DNA of 64,000 nucleotides from Alphaproteobacteria bacterium (GCA_965249135.1 OZ252220.1:928001-992000), one strand, 5' to 3'; counted from the stretch's first letter, positions 1 to 10,248 are shown. Translations and numbers: made by a program. The notes: generated by a model from the sequence alone, not told the origin.

Positions 1-213
1 CTCGGCACGGGCCTCCTGGATCGTCTCGCAGACGCAAGTTTCCACTTCGATCTGGGAGCGCAGGAATTCCGGCGCCACCTGCCCTTCCAGGCGCTCGGCG
101 CATTCCTCAATCATCGCAGCGGGCGGATCGGTGACCAGATCCCGCGTCTCGGGATCGACGAGAAGGTATTCCTCCTCGATGCCGATCGTGAATTCCGGCC
201 CTTGTCGCGTCAC
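1..213 (-). CDS. Carboxylate-amine ligase (YbdK/GCS2 family), 5' part; runs off the window
   Basis: Hand translation from GTG at 213 gives VTRQGPEFTIGIEEEYLLVDPETRDL...PEFLRSQIEV, with the TxGxEEE family motif. Overlaps the upstream stop as GTGA. Confidence 0.85.
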   Translation of the reverse strand, partial: MTRQGPEFTIGIEEEYLLVDPETRDLVTDPPAAMIEECAERLEGQVAPEFLRSQIEVETCVCETIQEARAE

Positions 214-1031
214 GCGAACCACTCCTGACGGTAAAGATCGGGATCGTCCAGGATCTTCTCCAGCGCAGGGCCCAGGATTCCGACCCATGCCTCGATCCCG
301 TGATGGGTGTCGATCTGGTCCTGACGAAGCTCGAGCAGGACCTGCGGCAGTCCTTCCGCGACCACGTGGTGTTCCATCGTGTAGCCGTAGTTGTCGCGGC
401 CTGCATAGGGCTCGTTGTCGCCGACGACGATGCCGTGGTGGGCCTGCAATACTTCCATCAGCGGTCCGGCCATGCGCGGATCCCGCTCCCACAGAACGCC
501 GATTTGCCAGGGACGCTCGAAGCCTTCGAAGACGGGCGTGAAACTATGGATGGAAAGCACGGCCGGGAAGATGCCGTGGGCGCGAAAATCGGCAATCCGC
601 TCGGCGATCGCGTTGTGATAGGGCCAGTAAAAGGTATCCGCCCGTGCCTGGCATTCCTCGGCGCTAAGCTCCGCATTGCCCGGAATGGCCGTCCCGTCCA
701 CTGCCCGAGGGATGGCCGTGGCTGAATCCAGCGGACGGTTGCAATCGACAAGCAGCCGGGAATAGCCGGAAAGAACGGCCGCCCCATCGAGCCGATGGGC
801 AAGGGCGCGCGTCATCTCGCCGGCCCCGATGTCCCAGGCGATGTGGCGCAAAAACGCAGCTCCATCGAGGCCGATATCCCCCATCGCCTTCGGAATGGCC
901 GCCTTCGCGTGATCGCAGGTCAAAAGAACAGGTGCGGCTCCGGTCGGGTTCACGATCTCGAAGGCCGCCGGATCGTCCGGCCCGATCAGGGCGCCCGCCG
1001 GTGGTTCTTTCTTTTCCGTAAGGCTCGACAT
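210..1031 (-). CDS. N-formylglutamate amidohydrolase family protein
   Basis: Motifs LLTCDHA, HIAWDIGA, SRLLVDCNR, SIHSFTP, GDNEPY; likely start ATG 1031. Confidence 0.9.
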   Translation of the reverse strand: MSSLTEKKEPPAGALIGPDDPAAFEIVNPTGAAPVLLTCDHAKAAIPKAMGDIGLDGAAFLRHIAWDIGAGEMTRALAHRLDGAAVLSGYSRLLVDCNRPLDSATAIPRAVDGTAIPGNAELSAEECQARADTFYWPYHNAIAERIADFRAHGIFPAVLSIHSFTPVFEGFERPWQIGVLWERDPRMAGPLMEVLQAHHGIVVGDNEPYAGRDNYGYTMEHHVVAEGLPQVLLELRQDQIDTHHGIEAWVGILGPALEKILDDPDLYRQEWFA

Positions 1032-1068
1032 GGCAGGAGCATACCCGAAATGGACCCCTTCTGCCCGC

Positions 1069-1108
1069 GTGTCATGAATCCGTAACCTTTCCGTCACACG
1101 CCTGCCAT
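1069..1108 (+). promoter_or_regulatory. Pho box array (PhoB sites) upstream of the phosphate porin
   Basis: Four heptamers at exact 11-bp spacing: GTGTCAT 1069, CCGTAAC 1080, CCGTCAC 1091, CTGCCAT 1102. A -10-like TACATT follows. Confidence 0.75.
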
Positions 1109-1171
1109 CCCGCGCTGTACATTCTCCCAAGTCATGCGAACCAACATTTGCAGATCACCGGAGAGACCAAC

Positions 1172-2428
1172 ATGACCCGATCGCACCTCGTTGCCGGTTT
1201 AGGCGCCCTGTCCGTTGCCGGCCTCATCGCCGCCGCGCCGGCCTTCGCCCAGACGAGCGCGGAACGGCTGGAGCAACTGTTGCACGAGCTTCAAACCCAG
1301 TTGAAATTCGAGTCCGAGGACGGGAACTTCAAGGCCTGGATACACGGGCGCCTCCTGGCCGATTACGCCAATTACGAGGAAGACAAGTCCAAGCTGGACG
1401 ACGACACCGAATTCCGCACTGCGCAATTCAGCCTGAATGGCACGCTCTATAGGGACTGGGTTTTCAAGGCCCAAGTCGATGTCGCGAGGGAAACTCCCAA
1501 CGTCAAGGACCTGTACCTCAGATATAATTTCAAGCCCCACTCGATCACCGTCGGCCAATTCAAACAACCGTTCGGCCTCGAACGGCTGACGAGTTCGAGA
1601 TTCATCACCTTCATGGAGCGCGCCTTGCCGAGCGCCTTCGCCATACCCCGCCTGATCGGTTTGGGCTACCAGACGCACGGCCCGAACTGGTCGTTTGCGC
1701 TGGCGGGCGGCGGATCCGACGTCTCCAGTAAAATCTCCCACCAAGGGGACGAAGGCTATTCGGTGACGAGCCGTGTTCACTTCGCGCCCTTAAGCGAAAA
1801 GACCGAAAATGTTCACCTTGGCGCGGCCTTGTCGTACCGGAAACTAAACGATGATACGTTTCGTTTCCGGCAACGTCCCGAATCGCATGTGACTTCCGCT
1901 CGATTCGTGGACACGGGCAATATCGCCAGTGCCTCCGACCTATTTCTGTATATCCTGGAGGCGGCCACCGTCTGGGGTCCTTTCTCGCTCCAGGGTGAAT
2001 ACACGAATGCAACCGTCGAACGGGAAGCCGGCTTGTCCGATGTGGATTTCTATGGCTGGTACGGTTACGTGAGTTTCTTTCTCACACCGGGCGACCACCG
2101 CAGCTACGACCCCAAGAAAGGCGCCTTCGGTCGCGTCAAACCGAAGCGTCCTTTCTCCGAAGGGGGGGGATACGGCGCCTTGGAACTCGGCGTTCGGTAT
2201 AGTGGCATCCTGCTGACGGACGAGGACATTTTGGGTGGTGGCGAACGAAACCTGACGGTTGGTTTGAATTGGTACGCAACGTCACACATCCGGTTCATGC
2301 TGAACTACATCAATGTAAACAACGACAACAACGCGACGGGAAACTTAGCCAATCTTCTTCCGCAATTCACGTCGGCAGCCAGTGACGACCCACACATCAT
2401 TCAACTACGGGCCCAGTTCGACCTCTAG
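1172..2428 (+). CDS. Phosphate-selective porin, OprO/OprP family
   Basis: Signal peptide, GQFKQPFGLE-x-LTSSR-x-ITFMER motif, GLNWY, aromatic C-terminus; Pho boxes upstream. Confidence 0.88.
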   Translation: MTRSHLVAGLGALSVAGLIAAAPAFAQTSAERLEQLLHELQTQLKFESEDGNFKAWIHGRLLADYANYEEDKSKLDDDTEFRTAQFSLNGTLYRDWVFKAQVDVARETPNVKDLYLRYNFKPHSITVGQFKQPFGLERLTSSRFITFMERALPSAFAIPRLIGLGYQTHGPNWSFALAGGGSDVSSKISHQGDEGYSVTSRVHFAPLSEKTENVHLGAALSYRKLNDDTFRFRQRPESHVTSARFVDTGNIASASDLFLYILEAATVWGPFSLQGEYTNATVEREAGLSDVDFYGWYGYVSFFLTPGDHRSYDPKKGAFGRVKPKRPFSEGGGYGALELGVRYSGILLTDEDILGGGERNLTVGLNWYATSHIRFMLNYINVNNDNNATGNLANLLPQFTSAASDDPHIIQLRAQFDL

Positions 2429-2456
2429 GAAGCGAAGCGCAACCAATCATGCTTCG

Positions 2457-2984
2457 TCACTCGCCTTCGAACTCGAAAAGGGTGAGCACCTTTTGCCCCA
2501 TCGCTTCGAGGCGCGCCTGGCCACCCAGGTCGGGCAGGCCGATCACGAAGCTTGAGCCCACGATTTCACCGCCGGCCCGCTCGATCAGCTGAATGGTGGC
2601 GGCCGCCGTGCCGCCGGTCGCGATCAGGTCATCGACGAGAAGAATCCGATCCCCTTTCTCGATCGCATCCGCATGAATTTCGACGCAATCCGTCCCGTAT
2701 TCGAGCTCGTATTCCTGGCCGAGCGTCTTCCATGGAAGCTTTCCCTGCTTGCGGACCGGCACGAAGCCGATGGAAAGCTGATGGGCGACGGCGCCGCCAA
2801 GGATGAACCCCCGGGCCTCGATGCCGGCGACCTTGTCGATGCGCACCCCGGCATGCGGCTGGACGAGCTCATCGACGGTCTTGCGAAAGCCGACGGCATC
2901 CTGCAGCAGCGTCGTGATGTCCCGGAACAGAATGCCCGGCTTCGGATGGTCCGGGATGGTGCGGATCTTCGCTTTGATGTCCAT
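2457..2984 (-). CDS. apt: Adenine phosphoribosyltransferase
   Basis: [30 protein letters not shown] motif [10 protein letters not shown]. Confidence 0.97.
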   Translation of the reverse strand: MDIKAKIRTIPDHPKPGILFRDITTLLQDAVGFRKTVDELVQPHAGVRIDKVAGIEARGFILGGAVAHQLSIGFVPVRKQGKLPWKTLGQEYELEYGTDCVEIHADAIEKGDRILLVDDLIATGGTAAATIQLIERAGGEIVGSSFVIGLPDLGGQARLEAMGQKVLTLFEFEGE

Positions 2985-3152
2985 GGGGGTTGCGGCTCCT
3001 TTTCCTTAAAACTCAGCGCACCGAAGAAGAGCGGCGTATACGAAGTGTAGAAGCTCGCGGGCCCGAAGCCAACCGGAGGAACGCTATCCAAGCACTTGAT
3101 TCACTGTCATAAAACGCTTTCCGAGCGGCGTTGGGAGGATTAGGGTGCCGTC

Positions 3153-4574
3153 ATGCGGCACGATCGAAAGGCGAAGATTGTCGCCACCCTTGGGCCCGCC
3201 TCGGACGATCCGGGTACGATCCGCGCGCTTGCCGAGGCCGGCGTGAGTGTCTTTCGGTTGAACTTCAGCCACGGCACCCATGCCGATCACCGGCGGCGCT
3301 TTGCCGCCATTCGAAGAGCCGAAAAATCCGTCGGCCGTCGCCTCGGCACGGTGGCGGATCTTCAGGGACCGAAGCTCCGGCTCGGCGAATTCAAGGACGG
3401 CCACGTCACCCTCGAAGCGGGCAAGCCCTTCCGTCTCGATCTTTCGAAGCGGAAAGGAGACGCGGCGCGCGCCCCCCTTCCCCACCGCGAGGTGTTTGCG
3501 GCCCTGAAATCGAAGATGGACCTGCTGCTCGACGACGGCCTGATACGCCTGCGTGTCCGCAAATGCGGCCCTGATTTTGCGAACACCCTCGTCGTTACCG
3601 GCGGTTCGTTGAGCAACCATAAGGGCGTCAACGTGCCCAACGTCGAATTGCCGATCTCGCCTCTGACGGCAAAGGATCGCGCGGATCTGGGGGCCGCCCT
3701 CAAAATGGGGGTCGATTGGATCGCGCTCTCCTTCGTCCAGCGGCCAAGGGATATTCGAAAGGCACGTAAATTGATCGACGGCAAGGCGGCCGTCATGACG
3801 AAACTCGAAAAGCCGGCCGCGATCGAATATCTCGACGAAATCGTTCACCTGTCGGATGCGATCATGGTGGCCAGGGGCGATCTTGGCGTCGAGCTGCCGC
3901 CGGAGGACGTACCCAGCGTGCAAAGGCAAATCATCCGCGTCTGCCGCCAGGCGGGCAAGCCGGTCGTCGTCGCCACCCAGATGCTGCTGTCGATGGTGGG
4001 GGCGCCGACGCCCACCCGGGCCGAGGCCTCCGACGTCGCCACCGCCGTCTACGAAGGGGCGGATGCGGTGATGCTGTCGACGGAAACGGCGGCCGGCGAC
4101 TATCCGGTCGAAGCCGCGAAGATGATGGACCGCATCATCGCCCGCGTCGAACAGGATGCCCACTACCAGGCGATCATCGATGCGGAAAGCGCCGCCCCTG
4201 AGGCGACGGAGGCCGACGCGATCACGGCCGCCGCCCGGCAGGTGGCGCGCACGATCTCGGCCGCCGCCATCGTCACCTATACGACGTCCGGCTCGACGAC
4301 GCTGCGCGCCGCCCGGGCGCGGCCCGACGTGCCCATTCTGTGCTTGACGACCCGGCCCCAGACGGCGCGGCAATTGACCCTTGCCTGGGGCGTGCACAGC
4401 GCCGTCAGCGAAGAAATCCGGGACTTCAACGACATGGTCGAGAAGGCGGAGCGGGTGGCGCGCCAGGAAGGCATCGCCAAGCCGGGCCAGAAGATCGTGG
4501 TGACGGCCGGCATGCCCTTCGGCACGCCGGGCAGGACGAACATTCTTCGCATCGCCACCGTGAAGAAACGCTAA
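3153..4574 (+). CDS. pyk: Pyruvate kinase
   Basis: KIVATLGPAS, RLNFSHG, DLQGPKLR, MVARGDLGVE, ATQML, PTRAE. Confidence 0.97.
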   Translation: MRHDRKAKIVATLGPASDDPGTIRALAEAGVSVFRLNFSHGTHADHRRRFAAIRRAEKSVGRRLGTVADLQGPKLRLGEFKDGHVTLEAGKPFRLDLSKRKGDAARAPLPHREVFAALKSKMDLLLDDGLIRLRVRKCGPDFANTLVVTGGSLSNHKGVNVPNVELPISPLTAKDRADLGAALKMGVDWIALSFVQRPRDIRKARKLIDGKAAVMTKLEKPAAIEYLDEIVHLSDAIMVARGDLGVELPPEDVPSVQRQIIRVCRQAGKPVVVATQMLLSMVGAPTPTRAEASDVATAVYEGADAVMLSTETAAGDYPVEAAKMMDRIIARVEQDAHYQAIIDAESAAPEATEADAITAAARQVARTISAAAIVTYTTSGSTTLRAARARPDVPILCLTTRPQTARQLTLAWGVHSAVSEEIRDFNDMVEKAERVARQEGIAKPGQKIVVTAGMPFGTPGRTNILRIATVKKR

Positions 4575-4583
4575 AACCAGCGG

Positions 4584-5135
4584 CTAAACCGGGTCGCCCA
4601 GCCGCTGCTTCAGCTCTTCGATCTTGCTGCGGGCCTGCTCGAGATGGGGGTTGAAGCGTAACGCGCGTTCGAACGCGTCCAGTGCGGCCCGATCCTCTCC
4701 CATGTTCACGTACATCATGCCAAGCCCGACCAGCGCTCCGAAATGACGCGGCTCAAGGGCCAGCGTCCTTTCGACATCCTTGATGGAGGATTCGTAATCG
4801 CCGATGACATAAAAGATCGTCGCCCTTAAGTTCCAGCCTTCCGCATGATCCGGATCGAGCCGTACGATCTTCGTAGCAAGGTCAAGTGCGGTTGCGTAGT
4901 CATCGCGCAGCATTAACTCGCGGCTACGGGCGAAAAGATTCATGATCTCCTCGTTCTCCGTCTCGATCCAAAGCTGCCAGATAAATTCCTGCAGATTTTC
5001 CGCTTCGATCGGATCCGTCGTCGCTTTCAGACGCGTGAACAGCTCATCGAGACGCGAATCCGCCTGGGTTGCAAACGAAGGCGCGGCCATAAGCAGGAAG
5101 AAGGCGGCGGCGAGCGTGACAGAAAACGTCTTCAT
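4584..5135 (-). CDS. Secreted TPR protein
   Basis: Signal peptide; AEGWNLRAT and LEPRHFGAL TPR motifs. Confidence 0.85.
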   Translation of the reverse strand: MKTFSVTLAAAFFLLMAAPSFATQADSRLDELFTRLKATTDPIEAENLQEFIWQLWIETENEEIMNLFARSRELMLRDDYATALDLATKIVRLDPDHAEGWNLRATIFYVIGDYESSIKDVERTLALEPRHFGALVGLGMMYVNMGEDRAALDAFERALRFNPHLEQARSKIEELKQRLGDPV

Positions 5136-5139
5136 GAGG

Positions 5140-5725
5140 TTACTGCTGGCGGCGATGGAGCCGTTTGTCTTTCAGTCGCATTGCGATTTCATCGGCGATC
5201 TCGCGTGCCTGGACGAGATTGCGGGTCCACTTCGAGCGCCTGCCGAAGGGCGGCAAGCGCTTCTGCATCTCGCCTTTGCTGCATATGGATGACACCGATC
5301 CCCATCAGGGCCGGAAAGTGGCGCGGCTCCAGTTTGACCGCCTTCTTCGCATAGCTGAGCGCATACTCCATGTCTCCCATCTGATAAAAGATGGTCGAAC
5401 CCATGTACCAGCCTTCCGCGAAATCCGGCGCCCGACCGGTGACTTCCGTGCTTATGGCAAGCGCCACTTCCATGTCGCCGCGCAGCAAGGCCTCCCGTCC
5501 CTTGCTGAACAGCCGGTCGATGCCGGCATCGCCCGACGCCGTCCACAGATGCCAGATATCGTCCTCGATGGCCTCGGCCCGCGCCGGGTCCGTTTCCGCC
5601 TTCAGTTGGACAAAAAGCGCATCCAAACGGGGATCGTCCTGGGCCGCCTTCGCCATCGAAAGCGCCATGGCCAGCCCAGACGTAGCCAGCCCAAACGCCA
5701 ACAGCGCGGCAAGGAAGCTTCGCAT
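5140..5725 (-). CDS. Tandem paralogous TPR protein with an apparent +1 frameshift near 5222
   Basis: Similar to its neighbour (LEPRHFPAL). The shifted frame continues PNLVQAREIADEI... to a TAA at 5140-5142. Confidence 0.75.
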
Positions 5726-5801
5726 GCCGAAAGCATAGGCTCAGGCCATGGCCCGGCCAAGCAAATCCGATTCCCGTTCGTCGTTACGCCTTAAGGCGCG
5801 T

Positions 5802-5927
5802 TCAGCCCTGGCGGGCCTTGAAGCGGGGGTTTCGCCGATTGATGACGTAGACGCGGCCCCGCCGGCGGACGACCCGGCAGTCCTTGTGCCGCTTCTTCAC
5901 GGTTTTTAGCGAATTAACGACCTTCAT
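5802..5927 (-). CDS. rpmJ: 50S ribosomal protein L36 (type B, YkgO-like)
   Basis: Hand translation: [41 protein letters not shown] (41 aa, below the ORF-track cutoff). Confidence 0.95.
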   Translation of the reverse strand: MKVVNSLKTVKKRHKDCRVVRRRGRVYVINRRNPRFKARQG

Positions 5928-5998
5928 CTTAAACCCTGCTTCCCGCTTTTACGTGTGGCCTCAAAAAGCGCGGCCACCATAGGGAGATGGGCCTTCCC

Positions 5999-6054
5999 TG
6001 TCAATTTACCCGTGCCAATTTGCCCCCGTCAATTTGCCCTCGTCAATTTGCGAC
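5999..6054. repeat. Four degenerate 14-bp tandem repeats at the rpmJ promoter
   Basis: tgtcaatttacccg/tgccaatttgcccc/cgtcaatttgccct/cgtcaatttgcgac; the first unit gives TTGACA-N17-TATGGT on the minus strand. Confidence 0.7.
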
Positions 6055-6089
6055 AAGCGGGCTTTTCGGCCTGCCTCAGCCAGCCTGCA

Positions 6090-7115
6090 TCAGAAGCCGA
6101 GTTCCGTCTGCTTGATCGCGTGGATCCGGTAGACGCGAAGGCCGCCGCGATCGAAGGCGAGGATCCGCCGCGCCCAGATCTCGACCTCCAGAAGAAGCGC
6201 ATCCAGCATGGCCGGCGTGGATGCCCCCTGTTTCTTCAGCCGCTCGACGTAGTCCGACCAACCGCGAAGCGCCATCTGCCGATAGCGCGCCGTCATGTCC
6301 TCCGAGATGCGAAGGTTCAGCTCGAGACTTTTGAGACACGTGATGGTCTGCTCGACGGTCCAAAGATGCGGCCGGTGCGGCTCGACGTTCATCCACGCCT
6401 CCACCTCCTGGCTGATTTCGCCCGCTTCCGCGAGTACGTAGTCCGTGAAAAGAAGCTGGCCGTCCGACTTCAGGTGATCGTAGATCGCCGAAAAAAGTTC
6501 TTTTTTGCGCTCAACCTTGAAGAAGCCCTCCTTCGCAAAGATGCTGTCGTACTGGCGCCCGTCCTGCTTAAGCCGCTCGCGAAGGTGCTCGTGATCGCAA
6601 AACTCAATGGGCGCACGCTTGGCAAGGCCTCCCCGCGTCGACATCTCCATGCCGATGCGGGCAAGGGTCTCGTCCGGCTCGAAGGCGTTCACCCACATTT
6701 GGTAGGCGTTCGCAATCGTGCGCGCCGTGCCGCCAAGGGTGGCGTTTAGATTAAGGAGGCTCATCTTCGAATTCGGCGCAAGCGGCTTCACCAGTTCCAT
6801 GCCGAATTTCTGGCCACCCGGCGACGTGAATCCCGACCCCCAGAGCTCGGCGAGGAGAAGCAGCCGCTCCCGCGACCACGGATTGGGCTTAGCCCCCTCG
6901 ATGCTTTCTTCCACCAGCTCGACGGGGATCGACGGCGCGACCTCGGGCGCCGCCGTCGTCGTTCGTTCTTCTCCTTCCACCACCGCCACCTTCGGCAGAT
7001 GGGGGTGGTGGCCCTTCCACCAGGCCTTCAGGCGCGTCTGCAGGTCTTCCCCGCGCTCGACCAAGGCCGAGCCCTTCCGGTGGGCATAGAGCCGTAAGGC
7101 AAGGGATAGCGACAC
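6090..7115 (-). CDS. Class I SAM-dependent methyltransferase-like protein
   Basis: ELWGSGFTSPGG, degenerate motif I (LNLNATLGG), YDSIF...LKSDGQLLFTDY. Confidence 0.7.
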   Translation of the reverse strand: MSLSLALRLYAHRKGSALVERGEDLQTRLKAWWKGHHPHLPKVAVVEGEERTTTAAPEVAPSIPVELVEESIEGAKPNPWSRERLLLLAELWGSGFTSPGGQKFGMELVKPLAPNSKMSLLNLNATLGGTARTIANAYQMWVNAFEPDETLARIGMEMSTRGGLAKRAPIEFCDHEHLRERLKQDGRQYDSIFAKEGFFKVERKKELFSAIYDHLKSDGQLLFTDYVLAEAGEISQEVEAWMNVEPHRPHLWTVEQTITCLKSLELNLRISEDMTARYRQMALRGWSDYVERLKKQGASTPAMLDALLLEVEIWARRILAFDRGGLRVYRIHAIKQTELGF

Positions 7116-7190
7116 GTTCCCCCCCCCCCTTTTTTTTCGCCTTATTTTTAAGGCATGCAGCGGAGTTAGGGAACCATCCCCTGAAAAGGC

Positions 7191-7205
7191 TTAAGCGTAC
7201 GTTAA
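7191..7205. promoter_or_regulatory. CtrA box
   Basis: TTAA-gcgtacg-TTAA (N7) upstream of 6090..7115. Confidence 0.6.
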
Positions 7206-7273
7206 ATCACGGGAAATTCCAAAACGGGGGCCCGGCGACCGGCCTTAGGCAAGGCCGATCGCCGGGTGGGGGG

Positions 7274-8269
7274 CTATCGGAGATGGGTCTTAAGGAAACG
7301 GCGGATCTGGGCGGCGATCACGTCCCCGTCTTCCTCGAGCGCGAAGTGGCCGGTATCGAGCAGATGGAACTCGATCGTCTCCAGGTCGCGTTTATACGGG
7401 TGCGCCCCTTCCGCCGGGAAGATGAAGTCGTTCTTGCCCCAGACGATCAGCGTCGGCGGCTGGTGGGCGCGGAAATAGGCCTGCCACGCCGGATAGAGCG
7501 GCGGGTTCGAGCCGTAATCGTAGAAAAGCTGCAACTGGATCGCCGCATTCCCGGGACGGTCCAGCAGATACTGGTCGACGGTCCAGGTGTCCGGGCTGAT
7601 GGTTTCCGCATTCCGCGTGCCGTGGGTGTATTGCCACTTCGTCACGTCGAGCTTCAGGAATCCCGCCAACGGTTTCGCGGTCTCCGGGTTGTGGTCCTTC
7701 CAATAGGCGCGGAAGGGCTTCCAGAACTCGCGCAGGCCCTCCACATAGGCATTGCCGTTCTGAACGATCAGCGCCTGGACGCGTTCCGGATGCTTGGTGG
7801 CCAGGCGATAGCCGACCGGCGCGCCATAATCCATGACGTAGAGGCTGTAACGCGTAAGCCCGAGCTTCTCGGTGAAGGCCGCGATGACGCGGGCCAGATT
7901 GTCGAAGGAATAGTCGAATTCTTCGACACTCGGCATCGAGCTGTTGCCGAAGCCGGGATAATCCGGCGCGATGACCCGATAGCGATCGGCAAGCTTCGGC
8001 ATCAAGTTGCGGAACGTCTGGGAAGAGGTGGGAAAGCCGTGCAGCAACAGCACGGCCGGCGCCGCCTTATGCCCGGCCTCCCGGTAGAAGATGGTAAGCC
8101 CGTCCACTTCGACGGTCTTGTGCAGGGTCTGGGTGACCGGCACGGCGGAAGCCACCAGCCGGGCCTCGGAGGCCAAGCCGAGGCGCGGGGCAAGCACGAG
8201 GGCGGCTGCGAGCAAAAGCCACAGATATGGCCGCAGCGGATGGATCAGCGGATGGATACGGGTGGTCAT
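7274..8269 (-). CDS. Alpha/beta fold hydrolase (epoxide hydrolase-like) with signal peptide
   Basis: [18 protein letters not shown], nucleophile MDYG, GHFALE. Confidence 0.9.
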   Translation of the reverse strand: MTTRIHPLIHPLRPYLWLLLAAALVLAPRLGLASEARLVASAVPVTQTLHKTVEVDGLTIFYREAGHKAAPAVLLLHGFPTSSQTFRNLMPKLADRYRVIAPDYPGFGNSSMPSVEEFDYSFDNLARVIAAFTEKLGLTRYSLYVMDYGAPVGYRLATKHPERVQALIVQNGNAYVEGLREFWKPFRAYWKDHNPETAKPLAGFLKLDVTKWQYTHGTRNAETISPDTWTVDQYLLDRPGNAAIQLQLFYDYGSNPPLYPAWQAYFRAHQPPTLIVWGKNDFIFPAEGAHPYKRDLETIEFHLLDTGHFALEEDGDVIAAQIRRFLKTHLR

Positions 8270-8341
8270 CACGTCTCTCCTTGAGTGTAGGCGTTTCAGG
8301 CCCCCCACAGGGGTCGTGGGTCCAATGACGGCGGAGAATAT

Positions 8342-8461
8342 ACAGACTTGTCTGTTCTGTCAAGCCCCCTTATATGGATGATCTTCGAATCTTTCGAGGA
8401 AGGATCGGAGGAGCCTCCAAGGGGGTCGGAACGAACCCTTGAAACTAGACAGAATGGTATA
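8342..8461. promoter_or_regulatory. Candidate TetR operators in the divergent intergenic region
   Basis: Palindrome ACAGACTTGTCTGT (8342-8355) and TAGACAGAATGGTATA (8446-8461). Confidence 0.5.
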
Positions 8462-8488
8462 TATAGCTTAAGGGAAAGGAGACCAAGC

Positions 8489-9052
8489 ATGGCCCAAAGC
8501 CGCCGCGACCACCTCGTCGATACCGCCCTCGAGCTCTTCAACCGGGACGGCTACCACGCCACCGGAATCGACCGCATCCTGGCCGAATCTGGGGTCGCCA
8601 AGATGACGCTTTACAAGCACTTCAAGTCGAAGGACGGCCTCATCCTCGCCGTCCTTCGCCGCCGCGATCAGTTGTTCCTTGAGCGCCTCACCGGCCGCAT
8701 CGAGGCGCTTGCCACCACCCCGAAGGCGCAGCTACTTGGCCTCTTCGACGCGCTCGACGAATGGTTCGGCGAGAAGGACTTTTCGGGCTGCATGTTCATC
8801 AACGCGGCCAGCGAATTCGCCCCGCCCGAAGATCCGATCCATGCCGTGGCAAGCGAGCACAAACACCTGCTGCTTAGACACCTGCGCGAGCTCACCGCCG
8901 CCGCCGGCGCCAGCAAGCCGCGCGAGCTTGCCGCCGGGCTCATGCTGCTCGCGGAAGGGGCGATCGTCATGGCCCATGTCGCCGGCGAGCGCGATGCGGC
9001 GAAGCTGGCGAAGCGCACCGCCCGCGTGCTCCTCGAAAACGCTGGGCTTTAG
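8489..9052 (+). CDS. TetR/AcrR family transcriptional regulator
   Basis: GYHATGIDRILAESGVAKMTLYKHFKSK HTH, GCMFINA; RBS AGGAG before ATG 8489. Confidence 0.92.
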   Translation: MAQSRRDHLVDTALELFNRDGYHATGIDRILAESGVAKMTLYKHFKSKDGLILAVLRRRDQLFLERLTGRIEALATTPKAQLLGLFDALDEWFGEKDFSGCMFINAASEFAPPEDPIHAVASEHKHLLLRHLRELTAAAGASKPRELAAGLMLLAEGAIVMAHVAGERDAAKLAKRTARVLLENAGL

Positions 9053-9067
9053 ATAAAGAAAAAGAAA

Positions 9068-9132
9068 TGGTGGGCGCGGCTGGGCTTGAACCCTTGAGCG
9101 CCAACGGCGATCAAGCACCTACGATGTCACCG
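9068..9132 (-). repeat. att site: duplicated 3' half of tRNA-Val(GAC), interrupted by a 25-nt insert
   Basis: 9068-9092 equals 26715-26739. 9118-9132 (cctacgatgtcaccg) matches the tRNA anticodon arm. Confidence 0.85.
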
Positions 9133-9196
9133 ACTCGCTTTCGCTAGTTTCGTTGCCTTCGGCGCAGTAGTTAAGCCTATTTCTATCGCTGGAACC

Positions 9197-10248
9197 TGAG
9201 GTGGCCTCGGTTTGTCGGACAGCTTGGCGGCTTGATTAAGGTGTATTCCGGTTGTCGTTCATGCTGCCAGAATCCCTTTGCATCGATCTCCTTGCCGTTG
9301 TTGTTGCGCCTGTGGGGATGTGGGCAAGGTGCGTAGCGGCTTGTCCATCATATCCACAGGCGGGGCACCGCGGTAGGCCTCGGCCGGCGTTTCCCCCCCG
9401 AGCGCCGAGTGCGGCCTCTCGGTGTTGTAGAAGTCGATCCACTCGCCGATGACGCGCCGGGCCTCGAAGCCGTCGGCGAGCTCGCGCAGATAGACGGCCT
9501 CGTATTTGAGGGAGCGCCACAGCTGCTCAATGAAGATGTTATCCAGGCACCGGCCCCTGCCGTCCATCGAGATCCGGATGCCGGCCTCCCGCAAGCGCCC
9601 GGTGAAGGCGAAGCTGGTGAACTGGCTGCCCTGGTCGGTATTGAAGATCTCCGGCGTGCCATGGCGGGCCAGCGCCTCGTCGAGCGCGTCTGTGCAGAAG
9701 CCCGCATCCAGGGTGTTCGACAGACGCCAAGCCAGCACATGCCGGCTGGCCCAGTCCATGATCGCCACCAGGTAAAGAAAGCCGCGGCGCACCGGGATGT
9801 AGGTGATGTCGGCGCACCAGACATGGCCCGCCCGCTCGATCATCAAGCCTCTGAGCAGATAGGGGTAGACCCGGTGCTCGGGATGCGGATCGCTGGTGCG
9901 CGGCGCCCTATAGATCGCCTGAAGCCCCATCAGGCGCATCTCAGACGACCGGCCCGGCGACGACCGATGCGCACGCCCTCGCGGCGCAGATGACGGACCG
10001 TCTGACGGGCGCCGTAGAACGGATACTTCAGGAACAACTCATCAATGCGCCACATCAGCGCCAGAGTCTCCGGGCTCTCGCCCTTGGGCGTGTAATAGAG
10101 CGAGGAGCGTCCGATCGACAGCAAACGCCTCAAGCGCGATCTTCGCCTTCAGCTCCCCGGAAAACCTGCGTCTCCTGCTCATCGCGTATCCCTCCTCAGT
10201 CGGGGGAATACACCTTAAACACCTGTCCGATTTTCCGGGGCCACCTCA
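9197..10248 (-). mobile_element. IS3-family element, internally deleted copy
   Basis: TGAGGTGGCC...GGCCACCTCA ends. Near-identical to 23993-25336 but lacks 292 bp between two AAACG microhomologies. Confidence 0.9.
9259..9939 (-). CDS. IS3-family transposase OrfB integrase core (partial)
   Basis: WCADITY, FNTDQGSQF, DNIFIEQLWRSLKYE, YNTERPHSAL. Confidence 0.9.
   Translation of the reverse strand: MRLMGLQAIYRAPRTSDPHPEHRVYPYLLRGLMIERAGHVWCADITYIPVRRGFLYLVAIMDWASRHVLAWRLSNTLDAGFCTDALDEALARHGTPEIFNTDQGSQFTSFAFTGRLREAGIRISMDGRGRCLDNIFIEQLWRSLKYEAVYLRELADGFEARRVIGEWIDFYNTERPHSALGGETPAEAYRGAPPVDMMDKPLRTLPTSPQAQQQRQGDRCKGILAA

Noticed and set aside
3084-4397. Long antisense ORFs (for example 3084..4397, 43023..44567, 7283..8284, 33502..34611)
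   Set aside because: Shadow frames of real genes, expected in high-GC DNA.
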